Assembly (NCBI GenBank): GCA_963765675.1
Contig: CAVXXK010000015.1
Location: forward strand, 32,001-96,000
Direction: 5' to 3'
Source of the DNA: an uncultured delta proteobacterium
GTDB taxonomy: Bacteria > Desulfobacterota > Binatia > Binatales > Binataceae
Length of the DNA stretch: 64,000 nucleotides
Both the position numbers and the translations under genes were made by a program. Positions 18,091-28,034 of this stretch are shown here, piece after piece. The stretch's first letter is position 1. Every line of letters begins with the position of its first letter. Under the pieces are notes generated by a model. The model was not told where the DNA came from and ran no database searches. It saw only the letters and a program-made list of their open reading frames with translations.

Positions 18091-20448
18091 GTGAAAGAAT
18101 CTTCTCCCTATCCAATTCAACGCGTATATCCCGAGCCGGTCCCCGCGCCGCAGTATATGGGACGCGGAGTTGACCCCGACTTCTTTGGTGCGCCCGAAGC
18201 GGCCGGACCCGACTTGCGCGATTACTTTCGAGTAATCCGCCGGCACGCCAAGCTTATCGTCAGCATGTTTCTGGCCGCGCTGCTGGTGACGACGTTGGTG
18301 GTGCTGGTAGTCACGCCGCATTACACGGCGATGAGCACGATTCTGGTCGAGCCAAACGCACCACACGTGCTGAATATCAATGAACTGGCCAGCGAATCGG
18401 CCACCGGCGATACTGACTACTACAGCACCCAACAGGAGATCCTGAAGAGCCGCGGCCTTGCGGCCCAAGTGATTCGTGACCTCGGGCTTGATCGCAATCC
18501 CGACTTTACCGGCAGCAGTATCCATCGAGGCTTTTTTGGCGGGATGATCCATTCGGCCCGGGCGTCGATCGGCGATCTGTTCAGCCAATCGCCCAAAAGC
18601 CAACCGGCGATTCGCCAACTCGATCAATACGGCGTTGCCCCGCAGCTGGTCGACCTGTACCTCGGCAACCTCAAGGTGAAACTTGATCTCGGCACCAGGC
18701 TGTTCGTGATCTCGTTTACTTCGCCCAATTCAGAACTGGCCTCGCGGATCGCCAACGCCCACGTCCAGACTTATATCCATCGCGGGATGGAAATTCACGC
18801 GCAGGCCAGCCAGGAAGCCGAACAGTTTCTGGAGAAGAAGCTGGTCGAGCTCAAAGAGCGGGTCGAGAAGTCGGAAGCTGCGCTCAACACCTACCGCCGC
18901 GATCGCGGGATAGTTGCGTTCAACCTCGACGACCGCGGCACTATTCTTAATGAGCGCCTGACCGAGATGAACCAGGCGCTCACCAAGGCTGAAACCGAGC
19001 GAATCGATCTCGAGTCGCAGCACGACCTGATCGCCAAGCGCAACTACAATTCGCTGCCTGCCGTAATCAGCAGTCCACTAATCCAGCAGCTGAAAACTCA
19101 GGACGACGTGATCGCGGGCCAGTACGCCAGTATGTCGCAGCAATTCAAGGCCGATTACCCGCCGCTGAAGGAGCTCAAAGCCAAGGTCGACGAAACCAAT
19201 GGACGCCTGAACGCCGAAATCGACCATACAGTCCAGGGCATCGAGTCGCAGTATCAGGCTTCGGTTGCGCGCGAGACCGCGCTTAAGCAATCGGTCGAGG
19301 ATTTGAAGACCAAGGCGTTGGCGCTCAACGACGCGTCACTGCAAGACGCCGTCCTGGCCCGTGATGTGGACGCCAACCGGCAGCTCTACAAGAGCGTGCT
19401 CGAACGGATGAAGGAAATCGGCGTGGCGGGGGAGGTTCCGACCTCGAACGTGTCGATTATCGATACGGCGACCGCGCCTATCGAGCCGTCGAGTCCGCAG
19501 AAGCTGCTCGACATGGCAATCGCCGGAGTGCTGTCGTTATTCATCGGGGTTGGGATCGCATTCGTGCTCGATCATCTTGACGACGGATTGCACAATCCGG
19601 AGGAAGCGGAACTTTATTTGCAACTGCCAAGCCTCGGTTCAGTACCGGATTTTCTGACCTTGGGTGGCGAGGATTCCAGCGCCGAAACCGCATTGCTGAT
19701 TGGCGGCGCCTCGTCCGCGCCCACGCTCATCTCGAGCAGCTCCGCAGACGAACGGGAGATCATGATGGCCAAAAGCCGGCTCTCGGTCGCCGGCGAATCC
19801 TATCGTGCGATCCGGACTGCGATCCTGCTATCGCGAGCGGCCGAAGCTCCCAAGACCCTCCTGGTTGCAAGCGGAGCCAAAGCCGAAGGCAAGACTGTAA
19901 CCGCGGTGAATATCGCGATGGCGTTTGCGCAGATGGGCGGGCGTGTCCTGCTGATCGACGCCGACATGCGCCGCGCGCGATGCCACGAAGTTTTGGGCGT
20001 GCACAACCTGGTCGGTCTCACCGAAGTGCTGGTCGGGCAGAAGCAGGCGAGCGAGGTGATCCGTCCAATCGGCAACGGCGGGCTGTCATTCATGAGCGCA
20101 GGCTCGGTGCCGCCCAACCCGACCGAGCTGCTCGCCTCGCGCAGGATGCAGGAAGTTCTCGAAGAGCTGTCCGCCACTTACGACAGTGTGCTGATTGATT
20201 CGCCGCCGGTCATGCCGGTCAGCGATTCGGTGGTGCTGTCGCGGCTGGTCGATGGAGTCGTGGTCGTGGTCGGGCCTCGCACTCCCAAGCAGTTGGTACG
20301 GCACGCGTGCTCGCGCCTGGGACAGGTCGGCGCGCGGATCCTCGGGGTGGTGCTGAATCAGGTCAATATAAAGAGCCCCGACTATTATCATTACCATCGC
20401 TATTACGCGTACGAAGATTACTCCAAGCCGGCGGGCACCCAGGTATAG
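18091..20448 (+). CDS. wzc: Polysaccharide co-polymerase / BY-kinase (Wzc/GumC)
   Basis: Two TMs, coiled coil, ESYRAIRT, Walker A AEGKT, LLIDADMR, IDSPPV and C-terminal Tyr cluster YYHYHRYYAYEDY. Confidence 0.95.
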   Translation: MKESSPYPIQRVYPEPVPAPQYMGRGVDPDFFGAPEAAGPDLRDYFRVIRRHAKLIVSMFLAALLVTTLVVLVVTPHYTAMSTILVEPNAPHVLNINELASESATGDTDYYSTQQEILKSRGLAAQVIRDLGLDRNPDFTGSSIHRGFFGGMIHSARASIGDLFSQSPKSQPAIRQLDQYGVAPQLVDLYLGNLKVKLDLGTRLFVISFTSPNSELASRIANAHVQTYIHRGMEIHAQASQEAEQFLEKKLVELKERVEKSEAALNTYRRDRGIVAFNLDDRGTILNERLTEMNQALTKAETERIDLESQHDLIAKRNYNSLPAVISSPLIQQLKTQDDVIAGQYASMSQQFKADYPPLKELKAKVDETNGRLNAEIDHTVQGIESQYQASVARETALKQSVEDLKTKALALNDASLQDAVLARDVDANRQLYKSVLERMKEIGVAGEVPTSNVSIIDTATAPIEPSSPQKLLDMAIAGVLSLFIGVGIAFVLDHLDDGLHNPEEAELYLQLPSLGSVPDFLTLGGEDSSAETALLIGGASSAPTLISSSSADEREIMMAKSRLSVAGESYRAIRTAILLSRAAEAPKTLLVASGAKAEGKTVTAVNIAMAFAQMGGRVLLIDADMRRARCHEVLGVHNLVGLTEVLVGQKQASEVIRPIGNGGLSFMSAGSVPPNPTELLASRRMQEVLEELSATYDSVLIDSPPVMPVSDSVVLSRLVDGVVVVVGPRTPKQLVRHACSRLGQVGARILGVVLNQVNIKSPDYYHYHRYYAYEDYSKPAGTQV

Positions 20449-23345
20449 TGAGGCGGATTGGCGTATCGAATCCGCTCGATCGCCCGAGTCCGTACCATTC
20501 CCGACATAAGTTTGTATCCGCCGAGGGCGGGAATTGGTACGACCGGGCATTCGTAGCCGGGATTCTCCTGCTGGTGACACTGTCACCGCTGCCGATGGGC
20601 GCGGTGCATCCGTGGCCCTTTATCGCGATCGAGCTCACGATCTTCGCGCTGGTCGTGCTGTGGATGGCCAAGACGGCGTTCGGAGCGCCGATCCAGTTCC
20701 AGCCGACGCTCGCCAATCTTCGCCCGATCGTCCTGCCGCTCGCGTTGTTCCTCGCGGTTGCCGGATTCGCGCTGGTTCCGCTTCCGCCGACGCTTCTGCG
20801 CGCTCTCTCCCCCGCGACCTATACGATGTATGCGAAATCGCTGCCCGGATGGCCGAGCCAGGCGCCGTATGCGGCGATGCTCGAGTTGCCAGATCTCAAC
20901 GCGGCGCAGCATCTGAACGTCGTTCTGCCGACGCCGCAGGAAGCCGCCCAGGGCGCGGCGATTCCCCAGCCGCATCAGCACGTGCTCGGGCCGCACACCA
21001 GCACCAACCAGCCAGTGCTTGCCAGCGGCTGGCGATGGCGCTCGATATCGCTGGCGCCGGAACTTACGCGCGAGCTCGTGATCAAGCTGGTGGCGTACTC
21101 GGCACTGTTCTTTGTGGTGCTGCTCTATCCGTTCGGTCCTTCGATGCACGCGGAGTCGGAGAAGAACTTCTACCGCTATGTGATCATCGCGGTGCTGATC
21201 ACAGCTCTGGTCGTGGCGTGTATCGGAATCCTGGAACGTGTGTTCTGGAACGGAAAGATATTGTGGGTGTTTGTTCCCTACGATTGGGGCCGGGCGATGC
21301 CCGATGCGATGGACCGGGCACGTGGACCGTTTGTCAACCCGGACCATTTCGGCAGCTATCTGAATCTGGTCATACCGGTCGCGCTGGCCGGTGTCTTGTT
21401 TCCGACCTTCGTGGTGCGCAAATCCAGCGGCGAAGCGTTTCGGGTTTTTTGCGCGGCGGTGGTGCTAATCGCGAGCACGGCACTTTTGCTCAGCCTGTCG
21501 CGCGCCGGATGGATCGGTGCGATCGTCGGCGCGGCCGCGCTGGTGTTCATGGCGCATTTCATTCCGCACGCGAAGCGTCCCGGATTGCTCAAGCTCTCGT
21601 GGAAAGTCACGGTGCCAGTGTGCGCCGCGATGTTTGCGATCGTGCTGTTAACCTCGTCGCTGTTCGTGGGCGCACAGGGGCGGCATCAGGCCGACGTCCG
21701 TCTGATGGAGACCGTCAGCCAGCATCAGAGCCTGCACTTCCGTACCGACGTGTGGCGCAATTCGATGGGAATCGTGCGCGCCTTTCCGCTGTTTGGAATC
21801 GGACTTGGCTCTTTCCCCGACGTGTTCCCGCATTTTCAGCAGGCGCCGTGGTCATGGGAGGCCGCGCGCGAGGCGCATAACGACTACCTCGAGCTGCTGA
21901 TTGGTGCGGGGGCCGTGGGTTTCGGATTGCTCGCATGGTTCTTCGTTGCGGTGGTGACCCGCCTCTATCGCGGAATACGTGCGCTGCCGCCCGATGTCCT
22001 TCCGGTCGGTGCGGCGCTAACGGCGGGGATGGCGGCGCTGGCGTTCCAGGAATTTTTTGATTTCAACCTGCAGATTCCCGCCGTCGCGATTCTGATGACG
22101 CTGTTTCTTGCGCTCGCGTTCAGGCTGGTCGCCGCCACGCGCCTCAACGAGCCCGCGCCACAGCCGGCCGGGGCAAAGCGATGGGCGATGCCGGCGGCGC
22201 TGTCGGGCGCTGCAATCGCACTTGGAATCGTGGCGCTGCTACAGCCAAAGATTCCTTACCCCTACAACATTATCCCGCCAAAGACGGCGTCGCAGGCGCG
22301 CGCGCTGATTCTGGCGCATCCGACTTCGGTCCAGCCGCACCTGTGGATGGTCGAGACGATGGGCAAGCGGCTGCCGGCCGCGATGCGGGCGCAGGAACTG
22401 GAGCGGGCGGTATGGCTCGATCCGACCAGTCCTTACGCGCGCGATCAGTACGCCGAGGCGTTGGTCTGGAATGGTCAAGAGGGGGAGTCGCTCAAGCAAA
22501 TCCAGGAATCGGTATTTGATTCGCCGTATCTGGCGAGCCATTACTACCTCGAACGGAGGCTGATTCCGTGGCTGTCGCCGGGAGAGCGAGCCGCGGTCGA
22601 GCAGGGTCTTCAGCGCGCGATCGCTCACGACTATCCGGCGGCGGTATGGACCCTTGCCGAGGTTTACGACCTCGACCACCAGTACGCGCGCGAGAGCGAG
22701 CTGCTTGCCCGCGCCGCCTCGACGGAATCCGATCCCGCCGCACGGGCGAACCTGTTGATCTCGGCGGGAGGGTCGGCGGCGAATGCCGGCGACATCGCGC
22801 TGGCCGAAAAGCATCTGCGCGCCGCCGCGGCTTTCGATCCGGTCAATCCCGATTCCTACCACTATCTCGCGACGATGGTCTTCGCGCCGAGGAAACAGAT
22901 GGATTCGGCGCGCGCCGCGATCGAGCAGGGAATCAACGCGGGCGCGGATCCATTCTCGCTCGATCTCGCGCTGGCCGACGCGGCCGGAATCGCGGGGGAC
23001 CACCCGACGATGGAGAAAGCGCTGCTCGATGCAACGAATATCCGTCCCTCGGATGCAGACGCCGCGGTGCGGCTTGCGGATCTGTACACGAGCGAGAAGC
23101 GCTACGACGACGCGGTGTTACTCCTTAGGCATGTCGCCGAGCTGAATCCGGATTCGGCCCTGGTGCTGAACCGGCTCGGGCGCGCGGAGGCGGCGAACTA
23201 TCAATTCTATGCAGCCGGAAACGATCTCGCGCGGGCCACGCAACTCGAACCGGGCGACGCGGCATACAAAGCCGACTACGAAGAATTTCAAAAGAAATCA
23301 GCAGCACCGGAAGGCATAAGCGACGCCTCTTCTGCCACCCATTAA
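20448..23345 (+). CDS. O-antigen ligase (Wzy_C) family membrane protein with C-terminal TPR array
   Basis: GTG overlaps the wzc stop; many TMs; RARGPFVNPDHF, LSLSRAG, FGIGLGSF and AHNDYLE motifs; TPR repeats (LDP.SP, FDP.NP, LNPDS, LEPGD). Confidence 0.9.
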   Translation: MRRIGVSNPLDRPSPYHSRHKFVSAEGGNWYDRAFVAGILLLVTLSPLPMGAVHPWPFIAIELTIFALVVLWMAKTAFGAPIQFQPTLANLRPIVLPLALFLAVAGFALVPLPPTLLRALSPATYTMYAKSLPGWPSQAPYAAMLELPDLNAAQHLNVVLPTPQEAAQGAAIPQPHQHVLGPHTSTNQPVLASGWRWRSISLAPELTRELVIKLVAYSALFFVVLLYPFGPSMHAESEKNFYRYVIIAVLITALVVACIGILERVFWNGKILWVFVPYDWGRAMPDAMDRARGPFVNPDHFGSYLNLVIPVALAGVLFPTFVVRKSSGEAFRVFCAAVVLIASTALLLSLSRAGWIGAIVGAAALVFMAHFIPHAKRPGLLKLSWKVTVPVCAAMFAIVLLTSSLFVGAQGRHQADVRLMETVSQHQSLHFRTDVWRNSMGIVRAFPLFGIGLGSFPDVFPHFQQAPWSWEAAREAHNDYLELLIGAGAVGFGLLAWFFVAVVTRLYRGIRALPPDVLPVGAALTAGMAALAFQEFFDFNLQIPAVAILMTLFLALAFRLVAATRLNEPAPQPAGAKRWAMPAALSGAAIALGIVALLQPKIPYPYNIIPPKTASQARALILAHPTSVQPHLWMVETMGKRLPAAMRAQELERAVWLDPTSPYARDQYAEALVWNGQEGESLKQIQESVFDSPYLASHYYLERRLIPWLSPGERAAVEQGLQRAIAHDYPAAVWTLAEVYDLDHQYARESELLARAASTESDPAARANLLISAGGSAANAGDIALAEKHLRAAAAFDPVNPDSYHYLATMVFAPRKQMDSARAAIEQGINAGADPFSLDLALADAAGIAGDHPTMEKALLDATNIRPSDADAAVRLADLYTSEKRYDDAVLLLRHVAELNPDSALVLNRLGRAEAANYQFYAAGNDLARATQLEPGDAAYKADYEEFQKKSAAPEGISDASSATH

Positions 23346-23348
23346 GTT

Positions 23349-24281
23349 ATGGAAGACACGAGCCTTTATAACGATAGCTTGTTCATTACCGGACAATTTG
23401 GGAACCGAAACATTCTTTTGAACGATGTCGAACCCGAATTGAGTAAATCTTTTGCCGAAGATGGAACGGCCGATTCCGTAAAAGTTGCGCGTGAATTTGT
23501 CGATAGGCGCTTTTCCAACTGCGCGGCGGCATTGTTGTTTGGAAGCGCCGCACGAATGAATTCAACCGGCCGGTCCGACTTGGACATTCTCATTATCGAG
23601 AGCCGAAGGGTCTTACCTTATCATCAGCATTTCCAGGAAAAGGGCCTGTGTTTCGATATAATGGGTCGCTCATTGCGATTCTGCACGAAACGGTTGCTCG
23701 GCCGTAACCAGCGGTGGGGTCATCTTGACGATGATCAAATCCTTCTCATCGCTTGTGCCGACGGTATCGAATTGAAGGACGACCGGTCTGTTATCCCCGA
23801 TCTGAAGCAAAGCGCCCGTTCAATTTTCGACAAAGGGCCCGTTGCGCTGACAGCGCGGGAGATCTCGGACTACCGTCTGCTAATCACCGAGGCTCTAGAC
23901 GACTTTGTCGATTGTGAGCACCACGCCGAAGCGGGGTTTCTGGCGCATTCGCTGGTGATCGTAACAGCGCAATTCCTGATGGGATATAAGCGCCAATGGT
24001 CAGCTCGAGATAGCAAGTGGATTCACCGTCGGCTGCGATGCGACAACGATCCACTCGCGAGACAGCTTTTGGATGGTCTGGTTCACTACCGCGGAGCTGA
24101 TGACCGAAAGCAATTCTCGCGATCGATCGAATCTATTCTCAATCTCGTTGGCGGCAGGCTCTACCGAGACGACCTGGGTGGTCATGCAAACCGCGCGCAA
24201 ACGAGACTGGACCAGTTTCTTGAGCGCCCTATGTATCTGACGCGTAAAGCGATCCGACGGGTACTGGGCGATCCATCATAA
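23349..24281 (+). CDS. Pol-beta superfamily nucleotidyltransferase (KNTase-like), paralog 1
   Basis: LLFGS.....SDLDILII signature, third carboxylate in FDIM, helical C-terminal domain (GP..L...E...YR..IT..LDD); start uncertain. Confidence 0.82.
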   Translation: MEDTSLYNDSLFITGQFGNRNILLNDVEPELSKSFAEDGTADSVKVAREFVDRRFSNCAAALLFGSAARMNSTGRSDLDILIIESRRVLPYHQHFQEKGLCFDIMGRSLRFCTKRLLGRNQRWGHLDDDQILLIACADGIELKDDRSVIPDLKQSARSIFDKGPVALTAREISDYRLLITEALDDFVDCEHHAEAGFLAHSLVIVTAQFLMGYKRQWSARDSKWIHRRLRCDNDPLARQLLDGLVHYRGADDRKQFSRSIESILNLVGGRLYRDDLGGHANRAQTRLDQFLERPMYLTRKAIRRVLGDPS

Positions 24282-24497
24282 AACCGCCTGACGAACGAGA
24301 TTGCCGCGCCGACCAAGATTCCGGATCGAGACCTGATCGAGTCTTGCTCGCAAGCGCTCGTCGGCGAGCGTCACAAACCCTCCGAGCAACGCCCCGTCCG
24401 CCGCTTACCGGAGACTAATTTGATGAATGGTATTTCGTTGTCGGATTGTCCGACGTTTTCAACCAGGACTACAAGTTCGGCTGATTTCAAGAGGGCG

Positions 24498-27400
24498 ATG
24501 ATTCCAGCAATGGTACGCAGATTTTTGGGTATTGCGATGGGGCTTCTCTTCCTCCTGAGCACGGGCACGGCTTGGGCGCAGCAGGATCTTTACGTCGCTG
24601 ATGGTGGTGCCGGGAATGAGCAGATCGATATTTGGCCGACGACCGCAAGCGGCAACCAGGCACCCAGCGTGATTCTCAATTCCAGCTCTTTCGCCAACGT
24701 GAGCAGCGTCGCGGTGGACAGTTCAGGCAACATCTGGGCCTGCGACCGCACCAATAGCGCCATCTACGAGTTTCCCGCCGGGGCGGCGGGCTCCGTTGCC
24801 GCCAGTAACTCCTTTATCGGGACCAACACGACGCTCAACGGCTGCCACAACATCAAGTTCGATGCGAACGGGAATCTTTGGGTTGCCAACACCGGCAATA
24901 ATGACCTTATCGTGTTCAGCGCTGCGCAGCAGTCCGCGCTGCTCGGCGGCGACGGCAGCCCCGGCGATGTAGCGCCTGCGGTGACCCTCACGTCCACTCC
25001 TCATTCAGCGCACCTTGGGACGTGGCATTCGATTCGAGCGGCAACATCTACGTCGCGGATGGAGGGACTGGGTACGTTGATGTATTTGGTCCTGGTGCGT
25101 CTGGCCCTTCATCGCCGATCTTTCAGATGGGACTCCCGAGGGGCCCATAACCGGTCTCAGCGGAGTAACGATTGACCCCTCGGGCAACGTATGGGTTTCA
25201 GACCTATACCGCAAACGAAATATACGAGTTGAGCACCTCAGGTTGCGGGACCGGCAGATTTGCAACGTAACTCCGACACAGACCATCAATTCTGGCTTAA
25301 ACGGGCCGATGGGTATCGGCATCGACAACAACGGCAACGTCTGGAACGTTGAGAACAGCGGTACCGCGATCAACGCCTACAGCACCATCAACGGGACTCC
25401 GGGAGCCGTTATCTCTGGAAGCAATACGACGCTGTTTCAGCCTCGGTTCCTGACAGTGAGTGCGCCTCCTCCTGCGCCTCCTCCGCCTCTGCCATGCACT
25501 GCCCAGTGGCTGTTTATGGCTGACTGTGACAGTACCCATTCTCAGATCGACCGTTTCTGCACGTCGGACACCGGTAACATGGCTCCACGCGGAATTTGGG
25601 CGTCAACTTCATTCGGTACTACCGGCGACACCGGTTGGGGCCCACACGATATCGTCACCGATGGACAATATATTTACGTCTCCGACGAGACCAACGCCGC
25701 TATCTGGATAGCTCCGCTGAGCATAATTCCCACAGACGGTTCGACCTCGACCGCCGCCGCGCCGCTCTCAATTTCCGGGACCCTTCCGGGGTTGGGTGCC
25801 TCTACTACTGAGGGCGCAGATCCAGCGGACGGTGTACACGGAATCTGGTGGGACAACCTCGGCAATCTGTGGGCTGCGAACCCGGCTACCGATGAGGTAC
25901 TCGAGTTTTCGGCTACTCAAATCAGCCTCAGTGCTTTCAGGCCCTCCCGGCGAACACAATATAGCTCCGTCCAACACCCTGACGGACATCCCTGGCGGGA
26001 AAGTGGATTCTGGTCCGGATTACGGCGCTGCGGATTCGTCCGGCAATATCTATGTTACGTTACCTGGCGCCAGTGAGATTCTCCAATTTTCGAGCGGCGC
26101 GACAGGCAATACATCGCCGAACTTGATAATAACCAATCAGAGTTTTGACGGTCCATACGGCATAGCAATTGACAGCGCTGGTAACCTATGGGTCTCAAAT
26201 AACGGCACCATGCCTACAGGATCGGTCAATGAATTGAGTCTGTCGGGATGCACTCCCAGCTCCTGTACGGCTGAGATCCTGCAAACCATCGACGCGGCGA
26301 CGGGCAATGATCCGGCGGGGATAGGATTCGATAGCGATGGCAATCTTTGGATGTCAGAACAAAACGCCATCAGAACAATAATTTGTCGTCCAGCAATCCG
26401 ATGACTGCGAACGCCGGACAGGCCCTAGGCCAATTTACGCCGAGCGGGACAGCGGGGAACAACATCACCGGGTCGTTTACGACGCTCGCCGGTCCTCATG
26501 GGATCGCATTTGTGCCCGTGTCGACGGCGGTGTCCACGGCGACCCCGACTCCGTCACCGACGCCATCGCCGTCGCCGACTCACCGTCACCGACTCCGTCA
26601 CCATCACCGTCGCCGACTCCGTCGCCATCGCCCTCACCGTCACCGACTCCGTCACCGTCTCCGTCACCGTCGCCGACTCCGTCACCGTCGCCGACGCCGT
26701 CGCCGATCGCCGTCACCGTCGCCGACTCCGTCGCCGTCACCGTCGCCGACGCCGTCGCCGACGCCGTCGCCGTCACCGTCGCCGTCACCGTCACCGACGC
26801 TGTCGCCGACTCCGTCGCCGTCACCGTCACCGTCGCCGACGCTGTCGCCGACTCCGACGCGGTCACCGTCGCCGACTCCGTCACCATCACCGTCGCCGTC
26901 GCCGACGCTGTCACCGACTCCGTCGCCGTCACCGACGCTGTCGCCGACTCCGTCGCCGTCACCGACGCGGTCACCGACTCCGACTCCGACTCGTACTGCC
27001 AGCGCGACGCCTACGGCCACTGCGACTCGTACTGCCAGCGCGACACCTACGGCCACTGCGACACGGACCGCGACCGAAACCGCAACGCCTACGGCCACCG
27101 CGACACGGACCGCGACCGAAACCGCAACGCCGACCGAAACCGCGACAGCAACACCCTCTCGGACGGCGACGCCCACCTCAGACGGCGACGCCCTCTCGGA
27201 CGGCGACGCCCACTCAGACGGCGACGCCCACTCGGACAGCGACGCCCACTCGGACGGCGACGCCTACCGCGACGCCAACTCCGACGGCAAAGCTGTCCGC
27301 GAGGCCCGGCAGCTTGAACTTTGGCAACGTCGACGCCTCGGGTAAGAGCAAACCCATGAAGGTTTATCTCATCAATCAGGGCGGCGAAGCGGCACAAATC

Positions 27401-27928
27401 GGAACCATCACGGCCAGCGCGCCATTCGCGATCGTTGGCGGTGAGGATCACTGCTCTGATCGGACGATCGAACCCAAAAAGGAATGTACACTTCTGGTGG
27501 AGTTCGAGCCGGAGGCAACAGGCCGCTTCACCAGTTCGCTCAACGTTCCTTACAATGGTAGTGCGCCTTCGGAAACCCTTGAAGGCAACGGAGTGGCTGT
27601 CACCCTGCATGCGCCCAAGATGGCGAAGTTTCCAAAACAGGCCGCGGGCACGATAAGCAAGCCGAAAAATATCACGATCTCGAATCACAGCAAGGTGCAG
27701 GTGACGCTTGGAGCGGCGACGATCGGCGGCTCAAACGCAACCGCATTCCAGATTGTGTCGGACGGATGTTCGGGACAGACGCTACAGAGCAAGGGCAAGT
27801 GCGCGGTCACGGTTGAATTTGCGCCATCCACGCAGTCTGCGGATGCTCAGACCGCGTCGCTGAACCTGGGCTTTTCTTACGGCTCCAACTGGGGCGACGT
27901 GTCGGTCAGCTTCGCAACATCCCCTTGA
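24498..27928 (+). pseudogene. Large surface protein (two NHL-type beta-propellers + Ser/Thr/Pro linker + two ASH/choice-of-anchor D domains) broken by about 9 frameshifts
   Basis: RBS, ATG 24498 and signal peptide; D..GN.WV blades continue across frames at about 24998, 25145, 25212, 25258, 25928 and 26368; linker shifts at about 26582, 26706 and 27177; C-terminal LNFGNV...C.....I.PKK.C...VEF.P domains. Confidence 0.8.
26540..27290 (+). repeat. Coding low-complexity tandem repeats (SP/TP/ATPT linker)
   Basis: CCGTCA/CCGTCG/CCGACT hexamers; 30-bp units encoding [10 protein letters not shown]; 18-bp GACGGCGACGCCC(A/T)CTC(A/G) units. Confidence 0.9.
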
Positions 27929-28034
27929 CCAACAACGATGTGGGAAACCGAAATAGATCGCTGCAGCTGGCCGACCAGCGGCCCCATTCTGGCGCAACAT
28001 CATCTGGAATGGCGCCGGCGCGATCCGATGAAAC

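Noticed and set aside
26540-27290. Dense repeats as CRISPR, or His/Arg-rich and GDGD-repeat ORFs as real proteins
   Set aside because: They are alternative-frame and antisense readings of a Ser/Thr/Pro linker; the same applies to the linkers near 11280-11580 and 61510-61720
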